NCBI GenBank assembly: GCA_001724245.1
Contig: MEDX01000015.1
Span: 62,001 to 102,742 of the forward strand
Reading direction: 5' to 3'
DNA: 40,742 bases
From: Fonticula-like sp. SCN 57-25
Taxonomy: Eukaryota
The translations under genes and the position numbers were made by a program. The notes under the pieces were generated by a model. It was given only the letters and a program-made list of their open reading frames with translations, made no database searches and was not told where the DNA came from. Below, piece by piece: positions 33,275 to 40,742 of the stretch; the stretch's first letter is position 1, and each line of letters opens with the position of its first letter.

Positions 33275-36200
33275 TCAGTGCTCCTGCGCCCTACCGCCGC
33301 CCTTATGAAACGGCCACAGCCACGCGCCCTTTTTCGGCGTGCTCACCGGCGTCTCTTCGCCAAACGACGGCGGCGCTGGCGTCGGCGACTTTGACCGTGC
33401 ACTGTCACCATCTTCAGAAACACTCAACAACGCCACTGCAGCAGCAGCAGAAGTTGCAGAAGTGGCAGAAGTTGCTGATGATGATGCTGGCGGCAGCTCG
33501 GTGGCGGTTGGCGGCATGCCCGGCAGCGACACTGGCGACCACTCGCTGCTGATGGCGGCGGCCGGGCGAGGCGCGCAGCGCGTGTGCACCATGACGCCGC
33601 AGGACTCGCAGCGGAGGTACTTGCCGCTGATGCCAAAGAGGACGCGGTGGCAGCCGCTGCAGCGTTGGGTGCCGGCGCCAATGTTGGTCTCTTGGAGGAA
33701 GCGGTGGTTTTCGCAGGGGGCAAGTACATTGCGAGCTAAAGAAAGGGTGAAAAATGGGTCAGTACATGGAAAAGAAAAGTAAAATAGAGGTGAAAAAGGG
33801 TTACAATGATATGGAATGAACAGAAAAGTGGTACAAAAACTGATATAAATAAACATGAAACACAAGTATAGACAATGTCAATGTCTACATGACCATATTT
33901 ACTTCTACATCTACATTCACATTCATGTATCATTCCATGTATCATTCCATGTATCATTCCATATACTCTTCCATATACTCTTCCATATCTATCCCATAAT
34001 ACCCATTATCTTCTTCTCTTGTCGTACCGTATAAAAAGAACTGAACGAGCTCCTGCTCCGACACACTCCCATTCTGATCCGTATCAATCAACTGAAACGG
34101 CGGCAAAAACGGAAAAAACGACGCGAGCCTCGCAAACTCATCCTTGCCCAGCGCCCTCGACTTTGTCGTATCAAACGTCCCCACAATCGCCGCCACCATT
34201 TCCGCGACACTTTTCTTGTAATCTTCCCTCGACGGCGCCGTCTGGCCAATCGCGTTGCCCCTGATGAGCGCCCGGCGGTCATCCACGGGGTAGAATGTCA
34301 GCAAAAACTTGAAAAGCGCGTCCTGCGGCGAGCACCGGACGTCGCTCAGCGACCGCCGGCGAGCGCTGACTGTGCGCCTGTGGCCCGCGTGGCGCGGCTC
34401 GCGCAACAGGGAAAGTTCATAGAGCTCGCTTTCGGTCACGACGGGGAAGAGCGTCGCGCGAAGGACTTGTAAAAGGGTCGCGTCGCGCTCGACAGAAAGG
34501 CTTTCTGATTGGAATTGGAGCGCGCGGCGGATCACGTGGGACATTTGGGAGAGGCGCTGAAAGTTGAACATGTGGGCTTCGACGCCGGGGCCTTTCCAGA
34601 GGGCGTCAGAGATGTGCGTGAGGTCGGTGAGGGTGAGGCCGAGGTACGGGATGCAAAAGTCTGGGTAAAGTGTCAGTAAAAGGACGGAAAAAGGCAGGGA
34701 AAAGGCGGGAAATTATAGCAAATATGTGCAGTTCATACCAAAAACCATAACAAAGATCATTCAAAAACATGGCACAGATCACATAATTAACATCATATGA
34801 AAGACATGTCAAGAAGCACACAGATGAAAGAGACAATGGGTGTTCGGAGGATATCGTAGAGATCATGACCAAATCAAGACAGATCATGACCATAAAAGGG
34901 CAGATCATGACCATACAAGGGCAGATCACGATCGTATCAAGCCAGATCAGAACCAACAAAAGACAAAACACGATCGATAACAGGAACCAAAACAAACGCC
35001 CTTTCACGCTTCTTCCCATTCCATTCCCGCTCTTTTTTTCCCAATAAAAACCATAAAACGCACCCCGCTGCGCATCCACGTCGCGCCTGTACTGCTCAAA
35101 ATTGTGCTCTGGCGTCAAAAAGTCGCCCAAATCACTCAGTGCGCTCTGCAGCTTCCTCGGCAGCGCGTCAAACGTCTCCTTTAGCCTATGAATGGCATTG
35201 TGCTTGAACCCGGCAAAAAATGCCATGAGCGTATTGTAATTTTTGAGCCCGCGCAGCTTTCGCGCGATTCTGATGAGCTTTCCAAAGACGAGCGCGCGCC
35301 TCTGCGTGTCCGTCTCGCTGAGAATCATTGCGACGACCCAGAACGAGATGCGGTTAAAGTGCTGAATCGAGAGGAACAGGTTGGGCGACACGACGCGGCC
35401 GTTAAAGTCGCGCGACGAGCTCACGAAAAACTCTAGCGGGCGAATGTTTCGGTAATAGTCGAATTCGAGGACGGTAAACTGCGCGGCGAGGAGGCTCGCG
35501 TCGGCAGACTGAAAGTTGACGAGCGACGGCGAGGCGGTCGTCTGAACGCGCGCGGCGGTCGTCTGCGGCAGCGTGCTAAAGGCCACTTGGCGCGACTCGG
35601 CAAGCATCGCGGCGAGCGACGGCTCGTTGGCGCGCAGCTCTTCCATAAAGGCGTCCAGCTGAAACGACACGGCTTCGTCGACAAAGTCGTTGGGCTGGCT
35701 CTCGAGCCAGTAGCGCAGCACGCGGACGGCGCGTGAGCGGAACTTGCGCAAAAGGTCGGCGTCCGCCACGAGCTCCTGCGGCGACACGTGCGACCATTGC
35801 GATAGCGGGCACCCGCCCGTCGCCATTCCGTCGCTCCCGGTGACAGAGGACGCGTACGGCGGAAGAGGCGACACGTCATCGCTTGCGGCAGTAGAGGGGG
35901 CGCCGCCGTACGACTCGACCGAGTTGCGCGACGGCGTTCGCGAGTGGCGCGCCGCGCCGCCGCTGCTCGAGAGGGCAAAGCCGTCTGCGCCGGACGCCGA
36001 GGCAGTACGGGAGTGAGAGTGCCGCGAGGAGGTGTCGCTCGCGGCGCCAAGCGATGACGCGGGGAGAGGCGTCGACGCGGCGGAAATCGAATCGGCCAAG
36101 ACAGAGGCAGAGGGGCCCTGGTAGAGGCGCGCGATGCGGATAAACAGGCTGCACGATGATACGACCCACCGGTGCACCATCAGAAAGGTGCTCGGCAGGG

Positions 36201-36597
36201 TGTACTCGTTCAGGTTACGATGCCGGCCGCGATCCTCCTCGGGAAAGTCGAGCACAATCTGGTAGAGAAGGCGGTTTACGCTCGTCGCACGGATTATGTA
36301 AGAAGCAGTGTCCTGCTGCGCGTTTCGCCTTTCTTCAAGCCAAAGATGGGGAGGCTCGCAAAGCAGCTCGCTCCAAATGTCCTCCTTTTGCGAGCGGCGC
36401 GATTCGGACAGCGTCGCATTCGACGAATCACCAGGCGTCACGCCATCATTAACCATCGGCGACGAGATGGGCGTTGCCTCCGATATCGTAAAGGAAGGGG
36501 CAGCCTTGGGCATCGGGGACACGGGCCCCGTCGGCTCGGAAATAAAGGGCTTGTCGCCGTTAATCACGATCGGCGGCGGCTTGGCCGAGCTCGCCAT
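33275..36597 (-). CDS. RasGRP/CalDAG-GEF-like Ras GEF (REM-CDC25-EF-hands-C1). Exons 36597-35064, 34660-34028, 33735-33275
   Basis: REM motifs TFLMVHRW and VLRYWLESQPNDF. CDC25 motifs FNRISFWV, LKNYNTLMAF and CIPYLGLTLTDL. EF-hand DTDQNGSVSEQE. C1 domain HRF...CSGC...CESC..VHTRC. Confidence 0.88.
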
Positions 36598-36948
36598 GGC
36601 GCGAAGATCGCAGGGCGCTCACAGGAAACAAATAGCCTATTCAACAAAATGAGGGCGGTGGCGGAAGGGGAGCGCCTTCGCCTGCTGTTTTAGCGCGCGC
36701 GCAAGAAGCGACGCGGACGATGCCTAAATTGGGAATCTATGAGGCAATCAAGTCCCTCGCGCCCAGGGTCCGTCGCCCAACTCGTTCACACGTTCGATCT
36801 CTAAGAAACGGGAAACGAACTAACGTGATTGGACGACTCAAACTAGCAAATTTAACTTTTCCACATTTATTGAACTGGCGCAAGCGGGGCGCAGATCAGC
36901 GCAGATGTCACACAAACAGATATGAAAACCACGCGGCAGCAGCACAGC

Positions 36949-37702
36949 TTACTTGTTCTTGGAGGCGCGGAAGGCGGCGACGTCCTTGGCGGCCTGCGCG
37001 TCGATCTCCTTGGCGAGCTTGGGGTTGTAGCCGAGCGCAAAGAGGGTCTCGAGGAACACAAAGAAGGGCGCCATCACGAGGGCTGCGGCCGAGCGTGAGA
37101 AGAGGTCAAACAATAATGCACATAACAAAAGAGAAAGCGTACACTGGACAAGGTTGTCAAAGAGGGAAGGCTTGCGGCCCTCGTGGACACCGTGGCCGTA
37201 AAACTGCATGATCCAGCTCGAGATATGGAGGGCAAGGGCAACGAACTGGGCGCTGGGCACGTTGGCCGCAAAGTAGTTGGCACCAAAGAGGAGCATCGAC
37301 ATGAACGGCACATACATGAGCTAGCGGCGCACGCGTTAGCTGCCAGTCTTACATGATGACAAAGTAACGTACGCCAGCGGCCGGGTTCAGGACGATGTAG
37401 TAGAGGTTGTAGAAGACGCCCACGACCAGCGCGAGGTTAAGCGGGAGCGTCGGGGGAAGAAAGTTGAAGACCTCGGGCACGGTCGCAGGCTTGACCTGCG
37501 TCACAAACACCAGCGAGGTGAACAGAATCAGGGGCACAAACACCATGTGAATGCGCTGGTTCCTGTAAATTAAACAGTAAGCCAAATTGAACCAAGCCAA
37601 AAAAGAGAAAAAAAAAGAGGGAAGCGCGCGCAATGCGTACACAACATTGTGGTGATAGCCGGCGTAAAAGCCAATCTGCTCGCGAAAGTTGAAAATGCCC
37701 AT
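36949..37702 (-). CDS. Mpo1/YGL010w (DUF962) 2-hydroxy fatty acid dioxygenase-like ER membrane protein. Exons 37702-37641, 37562-37373, 37320-37143, 37082-36949
   Basis: FYAGYHHNVVNQRIHMVFVP, SWIMQFYGHGVHEGRKPSLFDNLVQ, MAPFFVFLETLFALGYNPKL. Confidence 0.92.
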
Positions 37703-38079
37703 GACGGCGCGCGGGGGGACGACGAGGTTCGAATGGTGGGTCAAACAAGAAAGAGAATCCCGTGTCATCGGACCAATAGGATTGCTCCATTTCCCGCTAT
37801 GCGGGGCGGGAACGCAACGGAAACGAAAACGTGCACGGAATTGCGTCTCGCCGACACGCACAAAGGAAAAAGAAGAGCATACATCGGTGTTTACGCAATA
37901 ATAGAAAAAAATGCATGAAAAAATGCATTGAAAGTGTGGCCCACTTTGCTTTTGAATAAGGAGATATTGGACAGCCTCTTCAATGAATTCCAAAATCAGT
38001 GCAATGAAATAGAATAATGCGTTGTTATAGTAATACAGCGAAAAATGATATACACGCGGTCAAATAAGCTGTCGTGCGT

Positions 38080-39150
38080 TCAGCGCTTACGACCGCCGCT
38101 CTTCTTTGACGGCGACGCGTCCACATAGTCCTCATCGTCCGAGTCGTCCCTGATCTCGACGACTTGGCGCTTACGGCGGCTCGGGCTGGCGCTCACGCTC
38201 GACGTGTCGGCTTCGTCTTCTTCTTCCTCTCCCTCTTCTTCTTCGTCGGCTTCCTCGTCAGCGGCACCTGCTTCGTTGTCGTCGCCGTCGTCGTCGCCGC
38301 TCGCCTCGCCGCTTCCGTCTTCTTCTTCTTCGTCGTCCTCCTCGTCGGCACTTTCATCTTCCTCGTCCAGCGCATATTCTAACAAAATCCTGTCAATACA
38401 TACACAAAAAAGACGCAAATGCGCACTTTTTGGCGTCGCGCGAGAGGCCCGCACAGGCCGGTCCGACTTGAAGGGCGATGGCGTCGCGTCCGTGAATTCC
38501 TCTACTTCCGAGGCGTCGGCGTCGGCGTCTATCACCTGCTGCGACTCGGCGGCGCTGTCCGTCTGGCTTAGGGACGCCGTTGATGTCGATGCCGCGGGCC
38601 TCGAAAGCTCGCTCAGGATCGACTGCTGAAAGATGCCCGCGGGGGGCGGCGCCGGCGCACCGGTCGCTTCGTCAATCCACTCGGCATCAGCAAGCACGAC
38701 GATCTCGCGGTGCACACCAAAGACGTCCATTGACCGCTCCGTGCGAGAGGATCCCGTGGCCTTGAGGCCGATCAGCGGGGAGGCCATCTTGACAGTCGTC
38801 CCAGAGAAACGCAGGGCGCCCGGCTGGTCGGGGAAGCGCACCAGCAGAGACGGCGAGCTCGTGTTAATGTCGGTGAGCTCGAACGAGGCCGTCGGCATTG
38901 ACGTGATCTGCCCAGGGAAGCAAAAGACGCGACGCGACTTGCGGGCATGCGACGATCGCGTGAGGCTCGCGCCGTGCATGACCTGCAGCGCCTTGGGGAT
39001 CGGATCCCCTTCAGTTGCAGTCACACTGCTCTCGCCCAGCACGCCAATCTCTCGCGCACGCGTGAGCACGCGCTGAAGCGTGGCCGCGCTCTTCTGCGCC
39101 GCCTGGCGGGCAGGGCTGGCGTCTACCTCCTTGCCTTTCTTGCTCGACAT
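38080..39150 (-). CDS. RHL1 (ROOT HAIRLESS1/BIN5/HYP7)-like DNA topoisomerase VI accessory subunit. Exons 39150-38427, 38378-38080
   Basis: HGASLTRSSHARKSRRVFCFPG, LTDINTSSPSLLVRFP..GALRFSGT and HREIVVLADAEWI align in order with remembered plant RHL1 motifs (HGKDIIRKSQRKNRFLFSFPG; LDRLSTKNPVLYLNFPQGRMKLFGT; FDNMIVFSESWWI). Acidic C-terminus with a basic NLS-like end. Confidence 0.72.
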   Translation of the reverse strand: MSSKKGKEVDASPARQAAQKSAATLQRVLTRAREIGVLGESSVTATEGDPIPKALQVMHGASLTRSSHARKSRRVFCFPGQITSMPTASFELTDINTSSPSLLVRFPDQPGALRFSGTTVKMASPLIGLKATGSSRTERSMDVFGVHREIVVLADAEWIDEATGAPAPPPAGIFQQSILSELSRPAASTSTASLSQTDSAAESQQVIDADADASEVEEFTDATPSPFKSDRPVRASRATPKSAHLRLFCVCIDRILLEYALDEEDESADEEDDEEEEDGSGEASGDDDGDDNEAGAADEEADEEEEGEEEEDEADTSSVSASPSRRKRQVVEIRDDSDDEDYVDASPSKKSGGRKR

Positions 39151-39161
39151 CCCTGCTGGTG

Positions 39162-39176
39162 GTTTCGCGCGCTTTT
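39162..39176 (-). promoter_or_regulatory. E2F-like element GTTTCGCGCGCTTTT, 11 nt upstream of the RHL1-like ATG
   Basis: Identical to 28828-28842 and in the same orientation relative to the gene. Confidence 0.5.
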
Positions 39177-39355
39177 ACCTCTGAATCCGGGGCTGATGTT
39201 TCAGGCACATTTCAAGGCAACGACTGCGCAACAACAGCGCTTTTCAACAGTTTTCCTTGAATAAATACAAAAGTGTCTTTGTAGTTTTGAAGTAAGCAAG
39301 CAAATTCATAACGCTTATGCATTATGCTGATACAAAAGTGCGCAACAAAGGGTGA

Positions 39356-40212
39356 TTAGTGAGAGCCTTCGGGGGTCTCGCCGGCGGGCGCCTCGGCCCC
39401 CTCGGCGGGGATGCCGGTAAAGTCGCCCTCCTTGCGGGCGCGGCCAGTCCACATGAGCAGCCGGTCCGCAACAATAACATAGTTGGGGGCGGCATAGCGG
39501 CCTTCGGTGGTGGCTGGCCGGTCGCCGACGCGCAGAGATCCGTCAACGATGACGGCCGTCCTGCAAGGCGGTCGGTCGTTAGCGCGCTGGAAATGCACCA
39601 AAAAGAAATAAAAGGCAAAAAGGGCTAAAAGAGCGTACGTCGTGTCGGCAGTCGAGAGGCGCGCGAGGACATCCTCATCGAACACGAGCACGGGGTAGTG
39701 GTTCGTCGCTATTGATGCCAGCGGCAGGGGTCAGCAGATCGTGGCAAACAGGGTGAAAGGCAAGAATAAACGCACTGAAGCGGCCGGTGGGGAGGCGAGC
39801 GCGCACGCCAACGGTGATGCGAGCGTACTTGCGGTTGTTGGGGCTCGTGGCAACGAACGGCTTGCGGGTGAGGTAGCCGCTCAGCTGGACATGCGCAAAG
39901 GTCGGGGCTGATAAAATGCGGCCAAAAAGGTTAGAGGTCGTGCTTCAATGTGTAACGTCAAGGCGCACGGTTCGAGGGGATCGTGAACGAGCGAGGGGCG
40001 CGCTCGCCATCGTGCTGAGCGGCTTCGCCCTCAGCTGGCTCCTCGGCTACAAACAAACGGTCAGTGATTGGCGGCGATTTGGGGCGGCCAAGCGAGGTCA
40101 CGCAACTGGTTTCGGTCGAGAAGTGGCGTGCGGACGACGCGGCAACAGTGCTGCGCACGGTGGCGGCGGAGAGAGCGCGGGAGCCCAGGCGGGCGGCCTG
40201 CTGGAGCATCAT
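39356..40212 (-). CDS. Mitochondrion-targeted SSB-type OB-fold protein (divergent RIM1/SSBP1/OSB-like). Exons 40212-40107, 40046-39969, 39907-39776, 39708-39639, 39560-39356
   Basis: Presequence ending ARHFST. Spliced core HVQLSGYLTRKPFVATSPNNRKYARITVGV...TNHYPVLVFDE...AVIVDGSLRV...EG...YVIVADRL follows the SSB beta-strand pattern. Confidence 0.65.
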
Positions 40213-40439
40213 CGTCTTGGGATAGGAGGCAGAGCAATGTGGGTCGGTTTGGGTCCGTCTCGGTCCGTCTCAGATCACCCTTTCTGGCGCCTTTCTGGCA
40301 CCATTCAGGACATCATGGCAAAGTGTTTTTCGAGTTTTGAGGTTTAACAACTTCTTTTGCGTTTGAAATGATGGTATGCACACTACTTTATCATTTCTTT
40401 ACTCTTCTATGGTTTTACTTAACCTTTTCTCTTCAAAGC

Positions 40440-40742
40440 CTACCCGGATGACGTTGGATTCCGCCTCGTCGACCGCAAGGTGAGAGGAGTTGCCACGCGC
40501 ACTCGCCACGCGTAGCTACTTGATCGGCAAGCGTGCCCTTTCGACCGGTTCAACCGACTCTTCCGCCCCACGTTGAGCTTGTTGGACTCGTACTTTGCCT
40601 TTTGCGTCGTCCAGTACGAGTACGGCAAGTGCGGGTCGAGCCGTTTCTCCTTCTCCAGGCATACAATGCGCCACCACTGCATCGCCTGGAGGACAGTCGG
40701 CCGACCGAACATGGCCTCCGTCATGGAGAAGAGCGTCTCGAG
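40440..40742 (-). CDS. 3' end of a gene entering from the window end; possible P-element-like DDE transposase C-terminus
   Basis: Open frame LETLFSMTEAMFGRPTVLQAMQWWRIVCLEKEKRLDPHLPYSYWTT. It resembles the LE.FFS...PT..Q segment that follows the last catalytic Glu of P-like transposases. Confidence 0.4.
   Translation of the reverse strand, partial: LETLFSMTEAMFGRPTVLQAMQWWRIVCLEKEKRLDPHLPYSYWTTQKAKYESNKLNVGRKSRLNRSKGHACRSSSYAWRVRVATPLTLRSTRRNPTSSG

Overview
Gene-dense eukaryotic nuclear DNA with about 18 protein genes in 40.7 kb. Exons are GC-rich. I reconstructed 37 spliceosomal introns by hand, in two classes: short ones (41-126 nt) and long AT-rich low-complexity ones (143-766 nt). Gene order: SOS-like tandem histone-fold gene (partial), HIT/HINT3, Rxt3/HDC1, GT47 exostosin, alpha-tubulin, NCKAP1 (WAVE complex), ABCB10/MDL1, GTF3C2/Tfc6, DENND6, a ~2340-aa Myb-like+Mms22/Mus7 protein, PDI, nuclear CcmA, ORC5, RasGRP-like GEF, Mpo1, RHL1-like, mitochondrial SSB-like, and a partial transposase-like ORF. 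The mix of animal-type, fungal-type and plant-type genes suggests a unicellular amoeboid opisthokont or obazoan, for example a nucleariid; this is inference only. Most notable: an RHL1 (topoisomerase VI accessory) homolog outside plants; an intron-containing CcmA (cytochrome c maturation System I) head-to-head with ORC5 across 42 bp; a Myb/SANT-Mms22 fusion; a near-invariant GTRCG splice donor (34/37); and a repeated G-rich to C-rich skew flip centred on the AT-rich islands. All family assignments come from motif recognition by eye; no searches were run.
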